This document shows positions 1 to 12,400 of a stretch of DNA of 64,000 bases, piece after piece. The stretch comes from Lingula anatina (lineage: Eukaryota; Animalia; Brachiopoda). Numbering within the stretch: position 1 is the stretch's first letter; every line of letters begins with the position of its first letter. The DNA is taken from the NCBI GenBank assembly GCA_051362555.1, contig CM120640.1, positions 34,181,967 to 34,245,966 on the forward strand, written 5' to 3'. The position numbers and the translations under genes are program-made. Below the pieces are notes generated by a model. The model saw only the letters and a list, made by a program, of their open reading frames with translations, was not told where the DNA came from and searched no databases.

Positions 1-579
1 TTGGCATTTTCAAGGTGTGACTTTAAAGTTCCATGATCTTGAAGACTTTTGCTTGTCACATTTTCTGAATGTCCATGTTACTAATATTTTATTAATAACA
101 TTTGATTGTCATTATGCTGTTAAACATTATTTAATGTTGTATCAAAATTTGAAGAAACCCCTATTTTGGGCACTGCTCTTATGATGACCATTTAAGGGAA
201 ATCATGTCACTTACTGTTCTCAAACTTATAGGAAAGAAACATGGCACTAAAATACAGCTTCAATAGGCAACGCAGTCTGTTTGGTAAATTTTTCTGGCAA
301 TTTAACAGTTTTTTGTGAAAATTTAATTTTTCACTTATTTGCATCTTTATTTTCTGTTCTTTGTCTGTACATTTGACAGCTTTGCTGCCTTGTTCTAAAT
401 GGGTAGTGGCATATTGTTAACTCAAATATTTTAATTTTGTATTATTTTGATGTCCATTTCTGTGATTCAGTAGAAAAGCTTCAATAAAGTCCAATTGTGA
501 AATTTCTTTTAAATATTTTGAAAAGATTTATGCTCAGTATGATTACTGTGTAACTTAGTTTTACATTTTCTATTTTTAG

Positions 580-663
580 CTGGGCTCTCACAAACGTGCA
601 AAGAGGAAGAGAGAAGAAATGCAAAAGATTATCCAGGCACAGAGAAAGGCTGCTCACAAGTAG
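580..663 (+). CDS. RPL36: 60S ribosomal protein L36, last coding exon (rest of gene upstream of window)
   Basis: A polypyrimidine/AG acceptor at 578-579 is followed by LGSHKRAKRKREEMQKIIQAQRKAAHK*, which matches the eL36 C-terminal G-x-H-x-RAKRKREE motif. Confidence 0.9.
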   Translation: MGSHKRAKRKREEMQKIIQAQRKAAHK

Positions 664-1439
664 ACCAACAAATCATGAACTGTCATATTCTGGGTCTTTT
701 CTGTACACTTTTGAATTAAACTGGATTAAAATAACTGGATGTACATACGGAAAAAGTCTTGTTTTTCTATTTTTAAGTATCCGGAATCAAAAAGATTTCT
801 CAAATACATGCAGTCCTACTGAAAAGTAATGGTGTTGACGTAACAAACCACTTTACTTCCAAGATAAGGCGAAGGTTGCTTAAGTAGAGCATTTCTTTTT
901 TTTGTCCAACTATATAACCAAAAGTTCAGCACGTTGTGAACACATATTGTCGTGGTGAAGCAAGCATAAATGCATGCGAAAAAAATATGCAGTGGTTGTA
1001 GAAAAATGAGCTCAAGTTATACATTCCAAAATATAATTGTAGATGCTCACATATTGTGCTTATCCCTCTGCACATAACTCACAAAGCACACCCAATTTTC
1101 AGACATCTTTAATCCATAAACAGAAAATGTTTTGATTACCAGTCAGTCATTATTATAGAGCCCAACTCCTCCACGCATAAATTAATATCAAAATTAAACT
1201 GTCTAGTTGGGCACATCAAAAAAGAAATAGAAATTCTTCACAACTGTGGCAGTTTGTCACTTGCACTCTTCATAATTACCAAATTGTACATAGTCAATTA
1301 TTAATACAATACACCACAGCATAACATAAGATTAATAAGTACTTGAGAGCAAAAATATAAGACATCAACACTGTTACTGTAGCAGTGATTGTACTTAAGC
1401 ATAAATCATAGAATGACACAAGAAGCTTTAAAATTTTTA

Positions 1440-1914
1440 AGTTGCAGAAAAAAACGTATACAACCCACAAACTTTGAAAGACCAGAAAAGTTAGCAAATC
1501 TGCTACAAACAACATGAAAATTTTTATACTGGCTAAGGTCTTATCATCATTCATAGAAGTGCTCCAGATGTGCTCTGTTCTGCTGAAGACGAATTCTTTG
1601 GGCAAAGTTGTCAATGGCCTTGATGCAATCTTTTTGTATAGGTCCAATTTCCAGAGTGATTGCTGTTCTGGGATGGTGCGGGGGTTTGTGTACACCCATT
1701 CCTTCAAACACCCCCACAAATAAAAATCTGGGGGGTTAAGGTGGAGAGAATGAGGAGACCACTTAAGTGACAATAATTTTTGCCACTAGAATTAGTGACA
1801 TTGTTTGTACCAGTTATTTTGCTAACTTCTCTAGCTTTCATTAAAATATATGGGTTGTATATAATTTTTTTAAAACAAAATAAATGGTGTTCACATTCTT
1901 GGGTTACACCCAGT
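1440..1914 (-). mobile_element. Decayed, internally deleted Tc1/mariner transposon fragment
   Basis: The minus strand translates WSPHSLHLNPPDFYLWGCLKEWVY, resembling the mariner-type WPPRSPDLNPxDFxLWGxLKxxVY motif. A TA-CTGGGTG terminus lies near 1915 on the minus strand. The other end is degenerate and its boundary is approximate. Confidence 0.7.
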
Positions 1915-2712
1915 ATATATACAATTATCTATAAAATACACAAAATAAAACAGTTATTGCAATTGAATGCTGTTAAGGGGATTGATATTTTTTTCACCAC
2001 AAATGATGTCAACATAGCTTAAAATCTGTCAGCAGCACATGTGACAATCATGTTAATGAATTTGCTTTAAAAAATTCTAAATGAAAACAAAGTGTTTCAT
2101 TAGTTATTGACAGACAGTATAAAATAATAGAGCTTTTTCATTAATATGAAAGCAAATAAAATACATAAAAAATGCTTTTAAAACAAAAAACTTTCTAGTC
2201 ATAAAATATTTCACCAAAGAACCACATATGGTCCAGTTTCCTAAAACAGAAACTAAACTAAGAACAGCATAAAAACTTTCTAACATCTCCCGCACAATAG
2301 TTTCCTTTTGCCATTTTCAGCATAGGCATTTGGATAGTTGGGGCAGGTTTCCAGTTTCCACAGAACACGGATTGATATCTGAATTAAACTTTGCATCAAA
2401 AGGACCAAATTAAAAAATGTTTTAAAGATGAATTTGTGAAAATAATGCAAACTTTAAAGTGCTGTCTTCCATTGATAGTTCTATGAAATTTGACTGCATC
2501 ACTGAGATATACACAAAAAAATTGTACAAATCCTTAACTTGTGCTCACATATATAGGTACTAGTATGAATACTTACATAATACACCTCATATATGCAAAA
2601 GAAAATTACAATTACATATATGTATTTACTATAACTATTACCATTTGTAATTTTATAAAAAATCTCTTTTATACAACAAACATTACATTAAAATGCAGGG
2701 GAGGAAATGCTG

Positions 2713-4152
2713 TTAACAATGATCTCCTCTATACACGACAATATTTTTCTCTGTTTCATGGATTTTGATTTCATGGAGTAGTCCAGGAGATGGCAATAAC
2801 AAACTAAGTTGATCCCAAATGTACACTGCCAAATTTTCAGTGGTGCTAAAAAAATAATACAAAATTATAACACATCATTTAATAGGAGTGCATTTTTCAA
2901 TTAATTAAAATATCAAATTCATACATAAAACATAAACTAGCAAATGTTCTTAAAAGTGCCTAATTGTGAATTTGTAATCTTTAAGGCTTATTCTGGAAAT
3001 TGGTAAATAAATAGAAAAAGTCCAACCTACCTTACCACATCCTTAAAGAAAGGGACATCTTTATCAAGATTCTTATGGTCTAGATTATTCATAATGGCAA
3101 GCTGTAAAAAAAAAAACAAAAAACAACAAAACAATAAAATAATATATGACAGCACATTCTAGATGAATAAGAAAATCTGCTCTTGTTCTGAAAATTATGT
3201 CAAGTTACATGGCCATACTCAGCACAGTAGCCTGGGTATTGGTTTGATTCTTACTGTGTCTGTAATCAAAAGTACGTCCAACCCTCATGACATGCCTTCA
3301 AGATTAAAAAAAGATGCAGTCACCCGGGACAACCAAGGGAATACTTCAAATAACAGAGAGCACCACTGCGTTCATCTTTTTTTATTTAAACAACTGAGCA
3401 CAACAATACAACATTCTTTCTTGGTATGAGTGGTATGAATGCTTTAAAGCTCAAGCTGTCAGGTCTGATGCTATAGCTTACCTGCATATACTTTTTTAAA
3501 TCTGTTAAATTCATAACCATGCCAGTGACAGGGTCTACCTGAAAAAAATTGCTTATATAAAGTTATTCAATGCAATCTTTTTGATATTTTACATTGAATT
3601 CCTAAAATCAAATAGCACATTCTAAAAGATTTCTGATAATGATTTCATATCATGCTACTATCAAAACAAAATTGTTCTAAAAAGTTGAACATTTTCCCAA
3701 TCTTAAATTTGCATGCCCTTGAGGGGTTGCATAAGGTTATACTGCAATGCCGTGTAACTAGCCTGAACCCATTTATTTTATTCACAGAAGGACAATAAAA
3801 TTGCTTGAGCAACGTATAGTCTATCACTTGGGTGCATGACTAGAATTATAGTGGTAGTCATATTTCATGTGCCTGAATGCCCTGGCAGAATTTTTTTCAT
3901 TTTCCTTATTCAACCTCAAATCCTATTTACATGTTGCAAGGTAATTGTTTCCACAAATTTGATCAACCCTGAAATTGTGTTCCCACAGTTTTTCTCACAT
4001 ATGTTGTTGATATAAATATACTGAGTAACCTTGTGCTTAATATTGATAACAACAGTCACTGCATGCTTTTTGATAAAGAAAAAATGTTGTATGCATCAGA
4101 TGGATCATTTAGTATTTTTTTGTGAAATATTACAGGGTAAAATCCATTTGTT

Positions 4153-4188
<36 letters not shown>

Positions 4189-5214
4189 AACAAATGGAAT
4201 TTCCCCTGTAAGCCTGTAATATTTTACAAGAAATATATATATATAATGCCATGAGGACATATTTTCAACTTACCGGTCCATACACAGTGACTTCAACTGG
4301 AATGAAAAATATGTAAACTTGGACTCTAAATGTACAATTAAGAAGCTTCCACGTTTGTGTGATGTATATGGATAACAAAATGAATTATGAAATGAGACGT
4401 ATTTTTTGACAAGGAAATAATGAAGAAATTGTAAAATTCAAGTAATTTTTCAAGAAAAATAAACAATCATGGAAAAAGTTAGAACTACTTGGAGTGGAGG
4501 TAGCATAAAATGTATTTGATTTTACCTTAATTCTTTACCTTTTTAATTATGACCTTGCCCATTAGGGTTTTTACCTTTGTAATTACCTTTGTAATTATGA
4601 CCATGCCCATTAGGGTTATTGCATTTGCCAAAGATACTCTGGTTGCTTTCATCACTCAGCTGGTTACTGCAATATCAGTACAGATACATAGACAAATCTC
4701 ATATATATATATACAAAATTCATACATTTCAAACACATATGTAATTGTTTAACAATTTGCACCTTAAATAAATAAAGCCTGGATTTGTTTTTAGCAATTA
4801 AACTTGCATGCAGTTCATATTTTGCATAATCATTTAAAATTCAAACTGGCCCAGGTGAGATTCAAAATATATGGCATTTGGCCAAAGCAGACTGCTACAA
4901 AACCTTAACTGTGACATTCATAATATTATATAAAATGTATGCATTTATCTTTCATTTGTTCTATTAATTAAATACATTTTGTACATTTTAAAAATACATG
5001 GTATTCAGGAGACATCAAGTTATCTAAATATATTAATATCAAATCATATCAGATTTTTAAAAAATAATTAAGAGCAAAATATTATACCAAGTTAACATTA
5101 CCTGTGTAATCTGTGACAAGCACTGAATGTTTCACATTTTGTAACATAAACTTTGGGCTGCAATTGTTTTCCAGACACTGAACTTTCAGCTTTTTGTTTA
5201 TCTAATTGATTCAT
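2713..5214 (-). CDS. PTS: 6-pyruvoyl-tetrahydropterin synthase, 6 coding exons (5214-5102, 4666-4587, 4296-4274, 3538-3482, 3101-3031, 2845-2713), 158 aa
   Basis: The spliced product contains [65 protein letters not shown] and [12 protein letters not shown]. All introns are GT-AG and the frame is consistent (477 nt). A probable 5'UTR exon lies near 5698-5747. Confidence 0.95.
4155..4186. repeat. (TA)n microsatellite
   Basis: Directly visible. Other TA runs occur near 5507-5528 and 10780-10803. Confidence 0.9.
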
Positions 5215-6283
5215 TCTTGATAATTAACCAATTTTTCCAGTTATCCTTTACTGATGGGCTTCAAAATTAATAAATATAATAATAAAACATTTTATAATCA
5301 TTGTGTATTATTAATGTCTTTCAAGGCAAGCACTCATTTATTTTAAGCATAACATAATACTGCACAAGATTTTAATAATATTATGATTATCAGGCACAAA
5401 GAAATCTACTGGTACATATTACAGGTATTCCAAAACTTAATTAATTAATTAATTAAGGTATGTGTATTTAATACTTTAATTGACACAAGACTACTATAGT
5501 ATAGTTTATATATATATATATATATATAGTTACAACTGAAATAGTTGACTTTCACATATATTTGTACCTCAATTAAATGCACATAAAATTTCATGCAAAA
5601 AATGTCAACATCACACAATGAAATGTAATAGTCATAAAATGAAGTATAACAAGTTATACATTTTTTCTCGTTTTAACAATGGAAAATCAATACTTACTCA
5701 AAATTCACCCTGCATGCCTTCTAGTTCGTGAACTAAGAAGAAATTAACTGTAAAAAAAACCTCGGCTCGGCTATTTAATAGCGGCTGGGATGTTTCACTG
5801 CATCACTGAACAAGCCCTCATCATTCATTGCGTGATAAACACTAACAGTACACAATGTCCCTTACCGCAGACACAATCTAAACTCGTTTGAATCTATACT
5901 GCATCATCAGACACGTCCATAAATTATGCTAATAACCAGCCTTTGAGAACGAAATCCTTGATTAAAAAAGTGAACAAGCATGATGATCAAAATTAGTGAA
6001 GCAAAAAAAAATTAATAGCAAGTTTTGCTTTTAGGGGGCTAATCCGTCTGACAGTGACAGTGACAGTGGTGAGTCGAAAGTGAATGTCGAGCACTTTTGC
6101 AAATTTCTCTTGATACTGATTTAAATTTGTTTCGTATCGCTCCACAAAAAATAATTTCTCCTCGTGCAACCTAAACATTTAACGTTAACGTATTAGTTGT
6201 CTCAACGCAACCGACCCACAAACAAAGGGCATCATTGCAGCACGTCTTGTAAACAGCTCCCTCTATAGAGTTGGTGTGTAGAA

Positions 6284-6445
6284 ATGGCTGGGACGAGGGA
6301 AATTATAACGTTACAGTTTGGGCATTACTCAAATTTTGTTGGGACACACGTATGGAATATACAGGTAGATATCAGTCTCTTCCTTCAAATTATTCTTATC
6401 TTAACAATACTGACTTGGAATCAATGGAAAGGGTTCAACCTTTGA

Positions 6446-6495
<50 letters not shown>

Positions 6496-9400
6496 GAAAT
6501 GATAATAACATTTACGATGTTGATATTATTTTATTGTACCATTAGTTATTATCATATGTAAACCTGGATTTTTTTCTTGCGAAGTGCCCATTTTTCTAGA
6601 ACAAAAATACATTGCTATACACCCTTGATCATGTTTTGTGGTTTTTAATTTCTCTTGGATTTCTTAATTAACATGTACAGTAAAATGAGTTTCTTGTAAA
6701 AACATAAAAGTAATAATAAAGTATATGATGAGAAGCATTTTTTTGACATATTCTTCCATATACTAACTTAAGGTTTACTTTTGTTTATAACTCACAGAAA
6801 TATCTACACCATAGATATTGATATTGCACTACATGTCACCTGTATGATATAATAAAGTTCATGTATAAAATCAATTTTAATATCCAATAAATACATTATA
6901 TGCTGCATATATGAAATATGTCATTTCTGCTGTCATACAAATAGTTTGAAATATAATGGAGTCAAGCAGGCCGTTTATACAATTTTTTTGTTGAAAATGC
7001 TCAAGGTCCACACTGACAATAATCTTTTTCTTATTCTGAAGTCTCTCCTCAATGCTCTGTGTGGCTTCGATGTTTTTAGATTTTTCATCTTGGTTAGAAA
7101 AAGAATTGTCCCTGTCATTCTGTAAACTTTGTACTGCATCCAAGATGACCCTAGCCCCGCGTTCAGACAGTTTTACAGGACTGTGGTCCCACAACAAAAA
7201 ATGCATCAATGTCTTGAGGAATGAAAATTTCTTGAATCCAATTTTGAGGAAGCAAATTGATGGATTCTTGCGTAGAAGATCTGCAAGCTGAGCTGCATCC
7301 TGATCGTCAAAGGAGTGGTTGTTAACCATACAAAGTGTCTGCAAATTTCTACTTTCCAGGGAAGGAGTAATTAGCTGAAGAACCAATTTTCCCCGAAGAT
7401 CCACATTCTTTATGAAGATTGTTTTGAACCTGCCTAAATCTATCTGTTCATTACTTACTCCAAACATAAGCCTAGTTATTAAGCTGCATCTTCTGTTCTT
7501 GAGGAAGTAATCAAGTTTAGAATCCAGGCAGCCTATTCCAGTGATAATGAGTCCCTTTTGGTCATCTGTGACTAGCGGTTGAAACTTCAGCATATTGAAG
7601 ATAATAATGCATATCAAACAAACCCCAAGTTGTATGGTATAGAGAAATGAAAAATGAAATTCCATGCTGTGGAAAACTGCTATCCATATTTCCAAGATTG
7701 CCCAATAGAAGAGTGTTTTTACAGGCTGTATAAGAGATCGGTAAAATAATAGAACGTAGAAATGAAACTGTGATGGGAAGGGAAGGATTGAACATAAGAG
7801 TATGGAAGGCCACAAAGTGGCACACCCTGGATTGGTCAAAGGAGTTCCTATTTTGATTGCCAGATGACTACTAATGGTGTAGAGCAATGCCCATGCCATA
7901 ATAATAGGACTATGGTAGAGTATCTCCAAGACATGTTTAAATGTCAATGTTTTTATGTTTCTTCGGATGTTTTCTTCATAAATCTGTTTCTTTCTCCACA
8001 TGATAACATCATTTTGCTCATATTTTTTGAGAACTTTGAGTAATTTTTCAATCTCGGCCTTAGTAACGAAAGCGTCAGGAAGCCCTGAAATGTGAAAATA
8101 GGTCTCCACCTCAGGTATGCTGTAGTGTGATATCTGTAGCCAGCTGTACTTGTTGTGCAAGTGAACAAACTTCTCAAGGTTGTTCTCCTGAAACCAGACA
8201 CTTATCATCAGCGATTCCTTAGCCTGGTAGGAGGCATCCACAAGTTTTTCTTTTAAGTCCAAGTCCCAGTTGCTGACACTGGATTGGCTTGGAAGTTTCA
8301 ACATTGCCAGTGCTTCAAGAGATCTTATTTGAAGGCGGTGAAGCGTTGGTATCAAGATATTCATCTCTTTTGTTTTCATCCATTGTAGAAGATAGGTTTC
8401 TTGGTCACTGCTGATTTTCACATGAAAGAAGAACAATGTGAAGACAAGAAAGTTTATCTTCAGCATATGTTTTGAGAATTGTCTACAAGACATATTTGTA
8501 ATCTTGTTTAGAAATGCCAGTATACAGCTGATACAGTCAGGTCTTGGTTGCTCTTTGTCTGTATCCATGGGTTGAGTAGAAAAGTTTGTACTTTTATATA
8601 CACTGTAGTTACATTTATGGCTTGATTGGTAGGTTCTCTCAAATGGTGGTACCTTACAGCAATGCTCAAAGCTATTCTGCATATGTTCTGATCACTGTGT
8701 CTGCCTGGGTTGTCACTGTTACTTCCGATGTCGCTGTCTGAAACAACTGGTTCCTATAACTACTGTTGCTAAGAACTACATATATTTACGAAAGATTTAA
8801 ATATTGTTGACGATTTAAATGTTTGATGTACTGGCATTGTATTATCTTCATTCTCATTTATCTATATTATTGTGATTAACGTTATTATGCTGTAAATTGT
8901 ACCGTACCTATGACAAAAATGTCATGGTAAATAAACTACTACTACTACTACAACTACTGCTACTGCTGTCATCATTGCCACCTGAAACATCAGTTCCTAT
9001 AAACGCCAGACTGTACTTTTGTTTACTTCAAATTTGCTGAGTGGCTTTAAATGTTGAAAAGGGGGGTTGGTTTAGAAAATTAGCCTGATCAGATAATTTT
9101 TGTGAAAGTTAAGGATTCTTTTTGGAGGGGTCATGTATTTTGGCTACGTTCACCGAAAGTGCCAAACTGTATTTTTGATTTTCTTCAAATTTACTGAGTA
9201 GCTTTGTATGTTAAAATGTTGTTGTAGAATTTCGATAAATGAGTATATGCAATCATAAAAACTCCATTGCAAAGTTCTGCACATTACTTTTAGCCAGCAG
9301 TGATATTCAAATCTCCTGGAGCAATTTGAGCAAAGTGGCAGGAGTTATATTAGTTATTTTATGGGAGTATTTGCCCTCCACATCCTGCTTACTGGTGGGT

Positions 9401-12400
9401 CGTTCCATGTAAACTCATCCAGCAAGGGTAACCTCTGTCAAGAAACTTATTAATTTTCACATATTTTGTAGATCTTGTAGAGAATAGAAAAAAACATAAA
9501 ATTTTTATTAAAATCTCGGTTGGTTTAAGAGTTATGACACTCCAAAGATACACCCAGATAAGGGATTGCTGTGACTTAAATGACATCTAGATCACAAATG
9601 CACATTAATAAAAGTACACAGTATCCCACTGCTTTGTCACTTTATGTTTTAATGGTGAGGAATCCAATATCATATTGAAAAGGATGTGGCATATTCAAAA
9701 TGTGTTAAATTTATACTTTGAAAAACTGGTGTCATTTTTCAAAACGAAGGACACCCTACCTGTTTACAAACTTGTAATATTCTATTAGTAATTTTTTTTT
9801 TTGATGTATCACCCATGATATATGTTTCTGTTTTATGTCATTTAAAAGAGGAAACCTTGAACTATGCTAGTGAAAGCATGAAAGCAACTTGTATATTTTG
9901 GGAACAAAAATAATGTGTGTGCCTTTTCAGTTTGTGATATTTATAAACTTTTTTATTTTGACATCTGTTTTTCTCTGTTTTTTTGACAGTATATAGAAGT
10001 ATCTTCTCTTGCATGGTTTATTCCAGGCACTGATGAGACTTTTCAGACTTTTGTTTGAATTCCAACTTTTTCAGGGTCATTTGGGTCCTTGTTGTGAATC
10101 GTGTACCCTGGACCCCCGGCCAATTTTCCTACTTTTTCAGTGAGGACTGGTCTCATTCCTGATAATAGGTTAGATTTTAAACCACTTTAGCCTTAGATTT
10201 CAGCATTCAACCTATTTAATTTATTAAAAAGTCCCATATTAAAAAAATCTTATATTTTAGGAAAATTCATTTGTGTATGATCCTAAAGCTGCAAAAGGAC
10301 CCAAAGAGCTAAATCATGATGTCTTATTCAGAGAAGGTCTTACCTTGCAAGTAAGTACATGGTAAAGGATTTCCAGTAAATTCTAAATCCCTTGGTCAAT
10401 TTTAGCTTTGACTATAACACAGTATGTAGTTTTTTTTAAAATGAATTCTCTTAGTATGTTTTTGAACATGGTCATTGTTTTTCATGTAATTCAGTAACAC
10501 CCCAAATTGCCTTAAACATAAAAATCCTGATTACTGATTAATAAAAAATTCTAGATAGAAACTGCTATGCTATCTTAGTTTTAGATTTAAGTTTGAAAAG
10601 TGAATGATACATGTGCCATAGCAAAATTTTGGACATAATCAAAGAGATTTACAAATTATTTTAGATATGCTCAGTCTTGGAGAAACATTCGGATTATAAA
10701 TTGTTTTCTTCCAGCCAATTTATGTTTCCTCCATGCCAGAGTGAAATAACTGAAGGAAGTATCTATCTATCTATCTATGTATATATATATATATATATAT
10801 ATAAACTTTTCTTTCTTTTTTCAGGGAGAGGTGACATATACTCCAAGGTTGGTGGCTTTTGATCTTAAAGGTTAGTGCAAGTACTAAGTAGTGTTCAGTT
10901 ATCTTACTTAAACATTTCTCAAGTTATTTTTGTGAATTAATAAAGGATTAGATTTGGTTTACCCTTACTTTTTTCAAATCAGTACTTACCCATTATTTTG
11001 AGTAAACAAGCCTGGCATTTTTGTTTAAAAAGTCGAAAAGTGATTTTTATTTACACGATCTTCAATAGATAATATGCTTCTTAAGATAAATTTTGTTTTT
11101 TTTTTACAGGCAGTTTAAATACTCTGAAGCAGGAAGGCACCCTGTATGATCTGCAGTGTGCAGAAGATAAACTTCAGTGGTATGGTAAAGTTGGTTTCTG
11201 ATTTTTTGTCCAATTTTATATTGTTTGTAACTACAGTTGTATTTCTTGATATTAGAAAGGGGAGTTTTGTAAAATATTACTTATTATATCAGCTAAAAAA
11301 CTTTCATTCAGGTTTTTTGTGTACCATTAATGCTGGACAGCTCATTTCGTCTTAAAATTTGTAAAGTAAAGCTACAAAACATATTAAGTATTTTTATGCT
11401 TATTTCATTAAAATACAAATGCGGGATTAATGGTGTCTCATTTTATTTGCTCTAGGCCTAGTGATGTAACACTGCACCAAGTGGGTGTGCCACAGAAGAA
11501 TGCCTTTTTACGCGATTTGGACAGACAGCAGGTGATAGTCAACTTAGAACCATATTTAGGCTGAGAACTTTAGTCAGTTTTAATCTACTAACCCCTTTTA
11601 GTACAGTTTTAATTACTAACCCTTTTAGTACATGATCAAGAGAAAATGGAACTCAATTGTATCAAAATTTTGACCATAACTTTGACCCATTTTATTGCTA
11701 AAAAAAGTTTTGCTGTCTGTATGATATAGACCACATTTGAATTTTTCTTTCAGGAAGAATACCTTAGGGGAAAATCAGAGGAAAGTAGTCAAGGTGATGA
11801 AGAAAAGACTTTAGAGGAAATGGGTAATGGATTTGTATTATTTATAATACACATGATATGATATGATACAAGGATTTGATACTTAATAGTTATGGATATA
11901 ATCTTCTTATTTATTTATTAGTTGAGAACTATGTGTAACGGAAGCCTAATTCATTTTTCTTCAGTGTAAAAGAGATTTGACTAGTAAATTATACACTATT
12001 TGACTGTAGTTCTGATTTCTGATTCTGATTTCCATTTAGATACTGGTGAGGGCACCAGCTCAGAGGATTCTCCACAGGTATTTGGTCCAGCCAAACTTTA
12101 TAATCTGGATGACAGTGTGAAAGTGTGGTCAGATTTCTTAAAACCTCATCTCCACCCAAGAAGTGTGACAATACTTCGGGATTATGAACATGAAAGGTGC
12201 TGACATATATGATTGTATTAGTGATTACAATGCCTTAAATATTCTTTTGATATGGCCAGAGGGCAATTTTAAGAAGAATAACAACCAGTTTTCAGAAGGG
12301 TCCTGTTCAAACATTTTAAATAAAATATTTGAAGTTTTAAGCTGGTCACTAGAGGATCAGATTTATCCTTCAAGGATTATTATTATGTCTGAAGCACATT

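Noticed and set aside
160-270. Possible snoRNA in the RPL36 intron (ATGATGA at 181)
   Set aside because: No CTGA D box at a suitable distance and no convincing terminal stem or H/ACA double hairpin. An Infernal or snoscan search would be needed.
5993-6178. ORF containing VTVRRIS as a candidate PTS first exon
   Set aside because: The real first coding exon (FSACHRLHS) is at 5214-5102. This ORF arises from a short gacagt repeat in the promoter region.
9385-9760. Possible additional DNA-transposon remnant ending ggacacccta
   Set aside because: It looks repeat-like, but I could not find the matching TIR or a TSD.
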